Assembly (NCBI GenBank): GCA_903813345.2
Contig: CAIIXF020000001.1
Span: 13,082,001 to 13,146,000, forward strand
From: Owenia fusiformis
Taxonomy: Eukaryota
Direction of reading: 5' to 3'
Length of the DNA stretch: 64,000 bases
Below are positions 13,101 to 28,100 of this stretch, piece after piece. The number at the start of each line of letters is the position of its first letter. The stretch's first letter is position 1. The translations under genes and the position numbers were made by a program. The notes below the pieces were generated by a model that was given only the letters and a program-made list of their open reading frames with translations, did no database searches and was not told the origin of the DNA.

Positions 13101-16100
13101 GTGGTCCAATGTTCCTTATTCTATTTTTTTCTATTGATGCAAGTTTGAAAAAACTTCATGATGTCTAATTTTTGAGACGTGTATGGTTGTTTGATATCCA
13201 TATTTACAGCGAGTAATAAGGAAGGAAATATTAATGAGCCAAGAAAGTCTTCAAGGATTAAGATCAACATGGCACAGAAGTTTGGTTTGTGATTGCTGTA
13301 GATAAAAAGTTCATATGTTGTTTCTGATCTTTCTTTTCTTTTTAAGATTTCCAAACTGTTCAAGTGCTGTAAAGTATTTTGTGGTTCTATTGTTAACAAA
13401 AATTGATCTTTTTTCACTGAACTACATTTTTATGTCACCACCACCAGCAGTTGGTGATCAGCGATTGGCGATCGGTGTCTGTGACAATATTGTGAGCAAC
13501 TAAGTGGTGACATTTTGTCATGTTAATTCCTTGTTTAAAAGCGTGTTTCTGGCAAGCTGAAGCTGAAATAGCAAATGGCAAGCTGAAATAAGTAAATGTA
13601 AAAAATTTATGTACAATTAATATTTCAGATGCACCAAGAAAAAAGGAGAAAAAGAAGAAATCGAGGCGGCAGGTCCAATCAACATTGACCATAGAGGAAT
13701 TAATGGAGACTCCACAATTTAAGCGTTTCACTCATGCCATAGAGACAGTCATAGAAAATGCAGAGGATGTCGACCTCACTGGAATTGACTTAGGTATTTA
13801 AGCTTAGCACAAAACAATTACAAAATTAAAAAATGACCCAATTATATATTGCTCATTTACAAAAAACAGTACTACAAAGAAATGAATGAGAGCAATATTT
13901 CTGTATTATTAATATTTCAGATGACCCTGATGCTGAAGCTCCTCCTGAAGCCCTCATTCACAAGAGTTTACTTAATGATCTTGCCAATGAAGCCGCCAAA
14001 CTTAAGTCCATGAACGTTGTAAACCAGGTACTAGATTTCGTATGTTTAGTTCATGTATTCTGAGGTTGCTATGTAATGACGTGATTATCCAAATATTGTT
14101 TCCTTTGATGTTTCAAGGTAACCAGTTGACACATTTGGTGTTGAGAAGCCAGCTTAAAAGCTTTAAAGTCCCCGTCTAAAGTTTGAAAATATTTTTTTAT
14201 CATTCATTTACTATTTGTCAGGACTTAAAAAGTGATTTTAGAGATTTTTGAACAAAAAAAAATTTTGAAAAAAAAGTTGTGAGCATTTTATTTCTCTAAT
14301 ATTCAAATTTCCCGCCATTTTTCAAAAAAAGTTGAAATTTCTTAATCATCAAATATTTCTTAATGCATTTCAAAAAAGATTATCTTTTTAACACCAATGC
14401 AAAGATTGAACAAAAGACACACTATTTCAATAATAAAATGTCATGTTTAATGGGCCACTTCAATGTTTTAGCTTATCAAAAATATTTTGAAACATTAGTG
14501 ATGTCACTAAGGTAACAAAAACTTTTTGAAAAAAATTGAATTTTTTTTTTCGATGTCAAGCTTTTCTAAATATGCTAGACTTTCATAAAAAACAAATGTT
14601 GATTGTCTAACCAGGTTAAAAGGAAGAATAAATTATGTTTTAGATATTATTGTACCATTGGTTTCTATGAGAACTAAAATTTTGAAACGCATTTTTCTCA
14701 GAACCATTTTCATGCACTGATAAGTTCATTTCTCGCTTGTTTATCAACCGATTTTCTTAATTTTTTCGGCAAAAAACATAGGAGGATGAATGCTATGCAT
14801 TGGTATGAATTGTGGCTTATTAAAAGATATGAGTGACCTCTAAAAGTTGGTTTTAAATAAATTCACAAATTTTGGAACAAAAAGTCTATCAAAAACCACT
14901 TTTTGAAATTAAAAAAAAAAGTTTCACATATCACACTTTGATAACATTGGGTAAGACTACAATATAAGCCAAAGTGGTTTAAACTTTACATGGGGCCTTT
15001 AACGCTTTAAAAGGCAGCATTCTTAGTATCAGTTTAGTATCAGTTTAAGTGCTGATTTATACAGTTGTAATAAAAATCTGTGCATCCAACGGTGAGATCT
15101 AGATCTCTTAACTTCAACTCAAGTCTGTTGTATTTTTGAGTATTTTCAGTGATCATACCGGTTTGTATATTGAAATAAGCATAAGCTTATATTTCATTTT
15201 ACCTTTCAGGTTCCGTCAGATAGACTTGTTAAACTACTCACCATACTGCAGATCAACATAAGAGATGGTGCAAAACTCATGCCATATTTAGGAGGGGTAT
15301 GTTAATTCAATCTTATTAGAACGAAGGCTATAATAATGGCCATAGTTAAATATGCATTACAGTAAAACTTTGAAGCACAATGAAATAAAAAAAATGAAAT
15401 AATTTTTAAATCTTCTTTTCCAGTCAGGGGAGGTAATATTTAGATATATGTAGATAAGAATGTTTTTGTTTAGACCATTTTATGTTTAATCCCACCAAAC
15501 AAAATTCAAAATGGTAAAAAAGTGTTTGTTCAAAATGGATGAGTCCACTATTACTTGGTTATTTCCCTCATTAAATGTGTTAAAAGTGATTTGATCAAAT
15601 ATGTATTGTTTTTGGGGATTTGCTATTCGTTGGAATGGCTGTTTTTCAAGTTCAAATTAAGAAACATTGTACTTGCATATCATTTTATCAAATTGTATGT
15701 ACATGTACCTGTAATTTTTGATGTATAAACTTTTCTTTTAAAACAAAAATGTTTGAAAAGATCCTTTCAACTAAGAATCCATAACAATTTGATATCAAGA
15801 TGTTAGTGCAGTTCTACCTGAAAAACTGTTGTATTAAACACTTCGTTAAAACACAGAAAAGTGCTTTGTTAGCTACAGCTGAAATAATGTTGTTTACCCT
15901 TTTCATAACTTACACATTTGGTCCATATTAAAGGTGCAATAATTAGTGCAGAGGGGTCATTCAACGATCATAGACCAGTGTCAAAATATATTTAAGTTTG
16001 GATATTTCATCAAGACTAACATCTATTTTTTTTATTATCTACAAAGAAACCCCTTTAGATAAACATTATTTTAGCTGATATTCCTCTTGAAACATGGTGG

Positions 16101-19100
16101 ATCTTAAAAATGTAAAAGTGGAAGTCCCCTTTTTGAAGCTTTGAACTGAATTTACACTTCTTAATGCTGAAATTGATAATTTATCCATACATTTTAAGAA
16201 AATAGGTATGTCAAAGAAGATGTTAAACCAAATGTTGCCTTGATAGCTCAGAAAAAATGAAAAAACTTTCCTATTTTTTCTACAGTCCTTATCGCCCCTT
16301 TAATAATATTAGTACCTACTGCATATGCATTCTCTAATATCCCATATTCATTATAGGAAACTGTAGATGCAGACGAGGAGAATTTATGGAGAGAATTAAC
16401 CTTAGAACGTGTTTTAAAAAGTGTTGACTCGGCATTGACAGCATTGAATGTGATGACCTCTGCCAACATGCCAAAGCAGGTTTATCTGGAGGATGTCATA
16501 GATAGATGTACCATGATTATAAAATACCAACTACAGAACACGATATTCCCAGAGTTTGACCCTGTTTATCGGATGTCTGATAATAAAAAAGGTAAAGAAA
16601 ATTGAGTGATATAGACAGAAAGGTTATAGAAGCCTCTATCATTTGATGATCATTTGCCGTGTCTTCCTAAAATCATCCCATGACATTGTGTTATATCCAT
16701 ATTTTTTGTGACTAATATTTCATATAACACACTTTTGCAATTGTAACTAAGTTGGTGACATTTTGTCAGGTAATGTCTTGTCAATTATTTGTTGGCAGGT
16801 TATGGAATCCAATTCTGAGAATATTAGTTTGTTATATTGGCCTTCTCAAACATTTGAACCTTTTAATATTATCAGGTAACTACTACACTAGTTCTAAACA
16901 AAAGCGAGCACGTGCCAAAGAAGTGAAACACAAAGGGACTATAGCCCTGTACAATAAGTTGTGTGAAATGATGTCATCAATGTCTGAACTAATCAACATA
17001 CAAGAACTCACAGATACAAGTATACTACAGGTAGGTCTACATTTTTGCAGTATTCTACATTGCTTCGAATTGCCTGTATAAGTTAATTATTTTTTGAATT
17101 AGCGGTTTTTAGATAAGAATCTGTGTGCCGAGATTGATATTAGGATATTTCTACTACTTCGTTTATTTTTGCATATATTTTTAAAATTCCAAAATGTCAA
17201 ATCTTATGGATTTTCTTCTCAAGGAAATACAGAGGTTTCAACATTTTTGTCCTTCATAAAAATATTGTTGATATTGTTACAGATGTCATCATTAGCAGTC
17301 TCTCCATTTTTTGTGGAGAATGTCAGTGAGCTGCAATTGAACGCCCTGAAGCTAGTCACGTCCATATTTAGTCATTATGAGAAACATCGGCAATTGATCA
17401 TTGAAGATGTGTTCGCATCACTAGCAAGGTTACCCAGTAGTAAGAAGAATCTCAGGAGCTATAGGTTAGTATTAAACATTAAAACACAATATACAAACTC
17501 TTAACCCTTAAACGGTTAGGCTATAGAGAATTACACCAAACACCCCCCCCCCCATCTGGGAAATGACCAATCATAGGAGAATGTATTAGGTATCATTGGA
17601 AAGCTTATTCAATTGCCAGTATTTTGAGCTTAGTAATTTCAATATTGAGCCATTGTTAATGAAGAATTTCATATTCTAAGAACAAGGGGTTTATCGTTTC
17701 AAGTCAAAACTACTGGCAATTTGAATATTTAATTAACTTTGACCAGCTCTAACGTTCCTCCTAGGGAGATATAGTCGTTATTTTTTGCTAAAACATGCCA
17801 AATTCAATTTTAAGAAAAGCCAGAAAGTTTCAGATTAAAAGACAAACTCCGAAAAAGTCATCGAAAAAATCCTTAGGGTGGGGGGCAAATCTGCCCCCTA
17901 ACCATTTAAGGGTTAATGAATGAGATCTAGTCTCTAAAATACAAACCCCTGAATATCACAATACTGCCACCATCAGGCTATCCCATTTTTTCTTCATTTT
18001 TGAAATGATATTTTCATCAAAGGCAATAATAATTGAACACAATACTCAAGTCGTCTGTGTGTTGTACATTATAGGTTAGATTCCAATGAGTCTATACAGA
18101 TGGTGACAGCTCTAGTGTTGAACCTCATCCAGTCAGTGATAATCCTACCCAAGCCTGAGCAACCTACCATACAAGATCCTGATGAGGATGAAGACCATAA
18201 AGATGAAAAGGTTTGTTATATCCCCACCACATAGTGTGGGGCCAGTTTTTTTTTATTATGTATTTATTTTCAATTATAGCAATAATGATACAAAATCATT
18301 TGCCTGATGAAGGGTATTTAAAACTAAGCTAGTTAAATAATATGCTATTCTTGCATAATGTTGTAACTGGAGAGTTTTGGTTGTGTCTTTGCCGACCGAA
18401 AAGTGACAAAAATAAATTGGGATTTTAAGATTGTCTTTAGAAAAGGAAATATTTTTATGATTTATATTTGTTATATTGTTTGGGCATTGCTTTAAAGATA
18501 CCGATAAATCGGGCTACGTATACCGCCGTATTTACATAGGGGGATTAGAAGGGTTTATTTTTTATTTAGGTATGCAAGCTATATAAAATTAGCCCCTCTA
18601 GCATGCATGTACTCGTGTGTACAATCAGCATGCCCTTCAATATTATATAAACACAAGTGTTACTATACCAGGCTATTCAATATGTACTACATAATGTACA
18701 CTATTTATTAGGGGTCAAACGGTTAACCGCAGTACGCGGTTACCGCGGTTAATGATGCTAGGACGGTATTTTCGGTTCATAAATATGAGATTCGGTTCAT
18801 CCACGGTTCGAGGAAAAATTGAAAAATGAAATTTTTTAGACTTCAATATTCTCTCTTTCGTTCGACATGAACTTATTCTTCATGTATATATTCCTTAAAA
18901 ACATGTTTATAGCAATAGAGAACATTCAATTCTTACCTTAGATATGAAACAGATCGCTCACAAATCGATAGACAAGTGATTGTTTACATTTTTGTGACAT
19001 ATAAATAGACCGGAAGTTGGTCTCGCCAGATTACGCTATTCATAGTACAATTAATTTTGCTTCGTGGAGGTGTTTTATCTGTTATAATGAGTTAGTTTTT

Positions 19101-22100
19101 AATCAATATTATTTAAAAAATACTGCAATTACAGAAATTATAACATTACTGCTTTGACAGACTACAAGAATTGCGAGATTAAATCTCAATTATTGAAATA
19201 CAAAAGCAACGTTTGGAATTTTGGGGGTTTTCCTATCGTAAATGGGAAACCAGAGGACAATGTATCAATATGCAGAATCTGTAGGGAGGTCATGAGGTAA
19301 ATTTTTTCCTCAAGTTACTGCTCATAGGTCCGGGAAAATGTATAATAAAGATGAGTTGAATACACCAAAAAAAGATCTCTTTACTTGGTGTATGACTATT
19401 CGACTCGATCTTTTTATGCATTTTCCCTGGGCTATGTTACTGCTTGTGCTACATGTAGATCTCAGGTCTTATCTGACAAAAATCTTATCAAGGACAGAAA
19501 AATCTAAAGTTTAAAATTTAAAGTGGGCCACTAGGCCAATAAACTTTGCTTTGTCAAGTCAATTTAATAAAAAAGGATAGTGGGACCAGAACCAGAACTG
19601 AACCGTGAACCTAAAAACCGTGACCGAACCGAACCGTTGGAATTTTGAACCGTTTGACCCTACTATTTATGTGTGTACTTCATGGGAATACGATTCTCGG
19701 GGAAACAAAAGACAAATACTTTTTATATGTCCAAAATGAGCCATTTGATTGATACATACACTAAATAGTTTCATGAATAACATCTACAAAGTATATCTAA
19801 TAGTAATTTTCAATTTCAATGGTGAAACTTCCCTGGTTACGATTATACGGGAAATCATCACGAGACGAAGATCGTTCGCCTTCCTGGCTTACCTCTGAAT
19901 CGTGTACCTGGTAATCTCTTTATATAGTTTAGCGAGAATGCTGCGCCTGCGCAGTATTAAACTTTGGCGCACACTTTAAGTGATTCTATTTTATTTATAA
20001 CTGACTTCTTTCTTCTGTGCACTTTTAGGTTGACAAAGAGGTTGTCATAGTTACTTCATATGAAACTGGTATGAGAACAGCACACAGTTTTATAGCTGTC
20101 TATTTGCAAAAGTGAGTACATTCTAATGTCACCACCAAAGTGGTTACATATTGTTATAGTTTTCGACTTTTTAAGGACTGTGTTCAGTGGTCAGCATTCA
20201 GCAGTTGGTTGGCAGTTTGTGTGCTTGTAACAAATGGCAGTCTGTAACATTTTACATGTTAATAACGTGTTTGGTTCTAAATGTTAGGACAGGTTATATA
20301 ATACAGGTCTCCTAATTAATAGTGATGCAATTTGTCAGAATTTGGGGTATTGAGTTATCTGCATAATTGATTTTCTACATATCTTCAAATTTCTTAATCT
20401 TCTAGAGGGTATGAACAGAGTCAATTGTAATGAGTGTCTTTCAAGAGTATGCGATTTCTATATGTTTGCATCTATATTTATAATGAAATAAATGATTCGT
20501 TAATTTTAGATGTGCAATGAAGGGGGAAGATGTTGATTATCGTCCACTGTTTGAGAACTTTGTTCAGGATTTATTGACAACAGTGAATAAACCTGAATGG
20601 CCTGCAGCTGAACTCATGTTGAGTCTCTTAGGAAAACTACTGGTAAGTCTACATTTTATAGAACCAGATCAGTCAATAATTATACCAAAATTGAAGTTGT
20701 GTTCTGTTTCAAGTCTCTTAGGAAAACTACTTGTGAGTCTTCTATAGAATTATGACCAGTTCATACCCTAAACATTGAAGCAATGTACATTGAATTTTAT
20801 CAAGTCACCAAAAAGGTAAAAATCACTGAAAAGTAAACCACCAAAAGGAAAATATATTTAAAAAAAACCTACAAGTAAGAAAGACATTATAGGTTAACGA
20901 AAAGTACTATAGAGAAAATAATATTTTCATTCTGCTATATTTTAATTATACTGATCGGCATTTATAATAAGTGTGTCTGTTATCCTGTGCTCTTGTTAAA
21001 TGTTATGTGAAATTATACTTGTCAGCTTTTTTGGCATCTTATCCAGTATCTTTGAACCACATTTTTTGTCTTTCAGGTTCAACAGTTCAGTAACAAGTCA
21101 GTGGACATGTCTATGCGTGTGGCCTCTCTGGATTACTTGGGCATTGTGGCTGCAAGGTTGCGCAAGGATGCTGTCACCAGTCAGCTAGACAAGACAGGCA
21201 TTGATGATGTTATCCAGAGGGTAAGGAAATGTGATAAAATGGGAAAACTTCAAGAAACAAAAAAGAAACAAAACAATTTGGAGAAACCATAAAAGTTGTG
21301 CCTGTTTAAAGCTGATACAAAACATGAAATAACAAAAATTTTCATTTCTTAATTTTTTGTTATTTTAGATGTATGAGAATAACAGCGATGATGAAGATTC
21401 AGAGAAAGAAGAAGATGGTTCAAAAAGTGGAAGAAAAAGCCCCAAGGTAAAACATAAAACCATTGATTGCCATTGCACTTTGAATTAGGAATTTCTTGCA
21501 CTATCAATGTAAATAATACACTCCCATGAATTTTAGGTTTGGTATACTGATACCTATACTAAAGGCAGGAAATAAAGATCCTTGTAATAAAGACAATTCC
21601 AGAGGCATCACTCTGATGAACATGTTGCGTAAAGTGTACGATCATATTGTGTTAAAAAGAATTGGATCCCTTGCAAAAAATATTATGCCTAACTTACAAG
21701 GTGCTTCTCAGAGTCATTGCTCTGCTGTTCATACTTCCCTTTTAGTTCAGGAAACCATTGCCCACAATGTCGAAAAGCATAGAAATGTAATATTAGCCAC
21801 ATTAGATATTAGAAAAGCATTTGACACCGTTTGGTTAGATGGATTGATGGTCAAACTACATAAACTTGGTATCCGTGGCAAACTGTGGCGTATGCTTTAT
21901 GATAATTACCATAAATATGAATGTGCCGTTCGTGTAGGAAGTTCAAATACACTTTCTAAACCTTTTAATGTCATGCAGGGCGTCCACCAAGGGGGTGTCC
22001 TATCTATGCTATTTTATCAGTTGTACATGGCTGACCTTATTCAGGATCTATGTGAAATGAATATAGGTGGCCACATTGATGATGTAAATTGTGTATGTCC

Positions 22101-25100
22101 TTCTTATGCGGATGACATGACCATTATTGCCACAAATCAAAAGGATATGCAACTTATGTTAAACGCTGCCTTTGAACATAGTAGAAGATGGCGATATGAA
22201 ATCCATCCAGCGAAATGTAACTTTCTGACATTTAATGATATGGTCACTGATTCAAGTGTTAAAGGTCATGTCGTTCTCAAGATAGGTGACACGAGAATTC
22301 CAAAGGTCAATTTCACTGTTCATGTTGGTATTCCAATATCTAGTAAAAATGATATCTCACAATATGTTAATGATCGCTGCACTAGTGGTAAGCGAAAATT
22401 CTGCTCACTTTTGGGACTGGGGCACAAAACAGGTGGTTTGTCACCCTTAACAGCATCAAAACTGTACTGGGCCTTTTCTATTCCAACCATGCTGTTTGGG
22501 GCACCAGTTATAAATTACCAAGCGTCAGATGTTGAAAAGCTTGAATTGACTCATAGGGAGATTGGCAAACGTATCCAATTTTTCCCCAAAACCTCAGCCA
22601 ATCCTAGTGCAACGATGCCGTTGGGATGGTTGTCAATAGACGGCTATATTACAGTGTTGCAGATGATGTATCTCTGGAGTTTACTTAGGTTTAATAATAT
22701 TTACAGGGATATAACTATAACACGGTTAGTAAAGATGTTTCATGTCACTTATGACAACCATGCCGATATTTTCTCTCCTATCCGGCGCATTTTCCTTAAG
22801 ACCAAAATGCTAGGAATTGAAAATCTGGTTAAAAATGCGCTGGACTCTGGATATCTTCCGTCGAAGAGGTCATGGAGACTGCAAATTGTCAATGCTGTAA
22901 GATCCGTCGAGGTCAAGCAATTTTTCTTGCAATGCTCATGTTATGGCAAACTTTCATACCTACGTGACTATGTCACAGACTTAAAACCTTGCATATGGTG
23001 GTTGATTTGTCAGAAATATCCTAAATGTCAAAGCCAGTGTAAAACTATGATGCAATTGATATGTAACGCCCATGTATTAAATACGAACAACTTCAATGGT
23101 TCAAAACGATGTATATTGTGTAACCTCTGTGAAACTGAAACAATTGAACATTTTATATTAAGATGCCCTATGTATGAACCATATAGGCATAACATATTTG
23201 AAGCCCTTGGCTGTCGTGGTGACAGTATGGGTGTTATTATGAAGAAAGTTTTAGGTCTCTCAGATGTTTCATGTGAGACGTTAATAATTGTATCATCATG
23301 TGTACACAAAATGTACAATCACAGAGCCAACCTGTTGGCTCTGCTTGACACATAATTTCTCTATCACTTCATTTTCATGTTTTCCAAAACAACAACTTTT
23401 TTATCACATAATTTAATCTTATCCTTGTATTTTATATTTTATATGTAAACCATATGTATACTAAAATGTATTCTCTCATATAAATGAGGCAATAAATATA
23501 CAATACAATACAAAGGATGAATTTAAAGTTTGACTGCTCACATCCCTCCTAGACCAGGGTCACCAGGGCCTAATATGTACATTTGAATATCAAACATGAC
23601 CCCAATTAAGTATTGAACTGATATTCAACAAATTGTATTATTTTGTGTTCATAGCTTGATGATGGCTTAGACAGAACTGAGAAGTTACAGAAAGCCATGC
23701 TGAATTACTTGGTCTTCAATGGACAGAATGATCCTTCTCTCTTGGTAAGTTTTCTGCCTGCAATGAATTTGTCCAGTTATTTCTGAACATTTTGTTTGGC
23801 CTGCCTGCACCAAATCGAGAATTAGAAAATAACAATGCTCTCTGTTGAAAAATTGAATCTTCTATTAGTTGAGAATTAGAAAACACATTATTGATTAATT
23901 GAATATTAGGGATTTTTGATACCTCACTTGCTGATCTCTGAATTGAATTTCACATATAATGACACACATACTCAAACTCAGAATATTTGAGCCTGTGTTT
24001 ATTATTGGCTTATTTTATATTCAAATTCCAGTTTGCAAGATCATTCTACATATCCCAGTGGTTTAGAGATACAACTGTAGAAATGGAGAAAAGGATCAAA
24101 AGCAAGAGTAATGATGATTCATTTGAACCTGATGAAGATGCTGAGGATGAAACTGAGATGGTCCAGAGAGCTGAGAGAAGGAAACGGTTCCTCCTTGAAC
24201 AGATCAATGTGAATGTGGGTGCCTTGGCTAATACTAGGTAAGACCTCCCATATTTAGGTGAATAATAGATAAGTCAAGCAGTGTACTCATGCATTATTTT
24301 GCATTTAATTTGGAACTGGACCAGAATTCAACAATTAAACCCAATGTAGTGTCTTGTAACACATTATGTAGTCAACAAATGCATCCATTTAATATTGCTT
24401 TTAATGTTCGCCCAGAGAATACTCAAGATACCCAGTTGTAATGTCAGTTCAGTTTCCTAGAGGACAGACTGATATCTTTTATTTGTATTTTGTTTTTCAG
24501 GCCAACCAGTAATTTGGAGCTAGACGATGCTTGCTTTGTGGCAAGATTCTTGGCCTCCAACAGACCATTCTCACACAGCTTTGACATATACCTCACACAG
24601 GTAAATGCTATTTTCGTTCATTCAACCTCTATAAATTTTACCAAATGAATTTCACTTGTTTATTAAGTACTAGTTTTTTACTACAAGTTTTATTTTCCAA
24701 AAATCATACAGTTTTCTTGTGAGATTCAGTTTTAAATTCAGTTTTTTATATATCTTTGAAAGATACCTCTGTCCTGGCTTCTAAACTAGATGTTATTTAT
24801 TCAGTAGTAAATATGAATAAGCAATTTCTTGTTGAATGTTTCAGATACTACGTGTACTGAGTGAGACTGCAGTTGCTGTCAGGACAAAGGCAATGAAATG
24901 TCTTACTGCAGTGGTTGAAGCAGATCCATCTATTCTTGCTAGGGTAAGAGAACACTTGAATATCAATGTAGCAAGATGATTTTATATATCAGATTTCTTT
25001 ATTAATGCCCTGGTTTTAATTTGAATCATCTGTTCTTGTGCAATTTTCAAATAATATTTGAAATTCGTGATATGTTTTATTCTATTTATTAGACTGACAT

Positions 25101-28100
25101 GCAGAAGGGTGTCCATGGACGCTTCCTGGATCAGTCCACATCTGTGAGAGAGGCAGCTATAGAACTTGTTGGCAAATTTATCATAATCAAACCTGAACTT
25201 ACTCCACAGTATTATGACATGTTGGCGGATAGAATCCTGGTAAGTTGAACACTCAGGTAAACAACCTACAACATGGAGAACACTGTGATTGGGTTGAATG
25301 AATAAATTAAATAATGAAATGAATCATTTGAGAACAGTAAAGGGTGCTTCACAGGTAGACTGTAAATTTATAATTGACAAGTCAAAATGGAGCATTTAGA
25401 TTGTACCAACAATATAAATAGAATAAAATGTATAATAATTTCAAATTATGTTGATAATTTCAGGATACTGGTATAAGTGTCAGGAAGAGAGTGATCAAAA
25501 TATTCAGAGACATTTGTGTAGAACAGCCAGACTTTAACAAGATCCCAGAGATGTGTGTTAAAATGATCAGACGTGTCAATGATGAAGAGGGCATTAAGGT
25601 GAGTTACTTGATAAACATGCTTATAATAAAAAGGCATTAAAGTGAGTTGGGTTATTTGATAAACATGTCATTGTCATGAAAAATTTATTAAGGTGAGATA
25701 TTTGATAAACTTATCAATGATGTTTAGGGTCTTTGGTCAGCATCTTTAACAAATGGCAGGTAATGATATTTTGCTTGTTAATACCTTGTTCAGTGATATA
25801 TCCCTCAAGTCTTTATTTTATCTTACAACTATTTTTTAGAAACTTGTGAATGAAGTATTTCAAACAATGTGGTTCACAACAGTGAGGGAACGAGATACAG
25901 CCAAGCTGTTACAGAAAGTGCTCAACATTACTGAGGTTGTGGCAGCATGCAGAGATACTGGCTTTGAATGGCTTGAACAGCTCTTAGAAGGGGTAAGTGA
26001 TGCAACATTTTATATACGATAGTCTGTCTGATCTAAACATAAAGAAAGCACCAGATAAGTCTGATTTCAATGTAAAATAATCATTAATGGTGTCCGATTT
26101 CAATGTAAAATGATCACAAACTATATTTCTTATCCAATTTGAATCAAGTAACAATTTTTAGTGAATTGTCTCATTTCAAATTAAAATGATCCAAGCTATG
26201 TCTGATCAATTTAAATCAAGCCACAATTTCTGGTTTCAGATTAAAAATTCACCAGCATTAACTGATAATATAATAAATTAAAGATTCTGTATTTGTTATT
26301 TTAGCTGTTCAAGAAGGAAGAGAATACAAGTGGCAAGCCAGTAGAGCATGCATGCAGGCAGATTGTGGACTGTCTCATTGACAATGTACTGGCTTTAGAG
26401 GAGAAAAATGCAGGTAAGTCATTGCAAAACCATTTTATTTATAAAGAACAGAAAGCAAGCTTATATGATTAATAATTGAAATGTGAAGGATTATGTTATT
26501 AAAGAGAATGTCTTGACACTCTACCATTTATGGAGTTTATAGTTTGCAATTAAGGTCTGATTACTTATTTTATGGATGACATTAGATATAGGGAAATCAG
26601 TAATCCAATTAGAGGAAACAATAATAGACTGATAATCATTATATTGTATCAATGTTTCAGACACTGCAAAGAAGGCAGGGAACAGTCCAAGACTCGTGTC
26701 CTGTCTTTCTACACTCTACTTGTTCAGTAAGATGAAACCTGATCTGATGGTGGCTCATGCTACAACACTACAGCCTTATCTAGAGATAAAATGTAATGTA
26801 AGTACACATGTGCTATTATTCATAAATGGAATGTAATATAGTAAAGATTCAGTGACAGATCTCAGGTTTTTTGAGGCAACAGACCTGGAAGTAAAAAGTC
26901 CTGGATTTCAAATTGTTTTATTATGGAACATGGCAGTATCATACATTTGGATCTTCTGTATCGTAATTTATAGTTCTTTGTTAAAATTGATTGGCAGTTG
27001 GTGTTTGTTTGGTGTATGTAACAAAAGGCAGGTGGTAACATTTTGCATGTTAATGCCTTGTCGAATTGTTGTGTTTTACCTGCTATATTTGGAGTATTAA
27101 TATCATGCTTTTCAGACTCAAGGAGACTTTCTGGTGCTGCATAATGTTGCAAGAATCCTGGAGCTAGTGGTTCCTCTCATGTCAAACCCCAGTGAGAGTT
27201 TCCTATCTCAGCTAGAGGAAGATCTCATGAAACTCATCCTCAAACATGGAATGATGGTAAGTTAACAATAATACAGTGTAGTATAAGAGGTAATGGGTTT
27301 AGCATGGGCAGCAGTGCTTAAATACATCAAGTCATGGGCTAGATAAGGTTTAGAGTTATTCATTGCCAGTGAGCCAAGATTGGTTTTCAACTTGCCACTA
27401 GAACTGAATTCATTGAGTTGTTATACACTTGGGTGAATTTAATGAGACCTGGTCTGTGAATTATAAACTTGTTGGCTTCACTCTTTGATGACTCTTAGTG
27501 GTGAAATTTGCCAGAAAAATGCCACTCTGGGAGAAAATGTAAAAATGCCACTGTGATATACTGGCAAAATTGAGGGAATATTGTAAAAATTAAAAACTCA
27601 CCCCAAAGAAGAACTGACATTCAAGTTGCACCACTAATGACTCTCTCAGCTCCTTGTCACTTGTTCCTCCATAAAAAATAATCACGTTAATCAAACTCAT
27701 TGAGCTACACTGGGGTGAATCTAATGAGAGACCTGGCCTGGGAATTTTAACCTTGTGGGCTTCACATTTCTGTGACTCTACCAACTCCTCGTCACTTGTT
27801 CTGTTTAAATTACTACGTATTGATCGTTGATTAACATAACGAGTAGGGACTCTAATGAATGTCTAGATATTTACATCTTATATTTTAAAATAATGAATAC
27901 TACCTCCTTACTGGATTTAGAAGTAATGCATTGTGCAGCTTTACTTCCTTGCCTTGTTTTACTGAAATGTTGTACTTTATTTGTAGGTGCTACAGAGCTG
28001 TGTCAGCTGTCTCGGGGGTGTGGTCAACAAGGTCACCAAGAACTTCAAACTAGTCAAAGACTGCTTCCAAAAATTCTTTGGTAAGTAGTTTATCACTTGT

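Noticed and set aside
23028-23318. 96-aa minus-strand ORF
   Set aside because: Antisense to the LINE ORF; no independent signal
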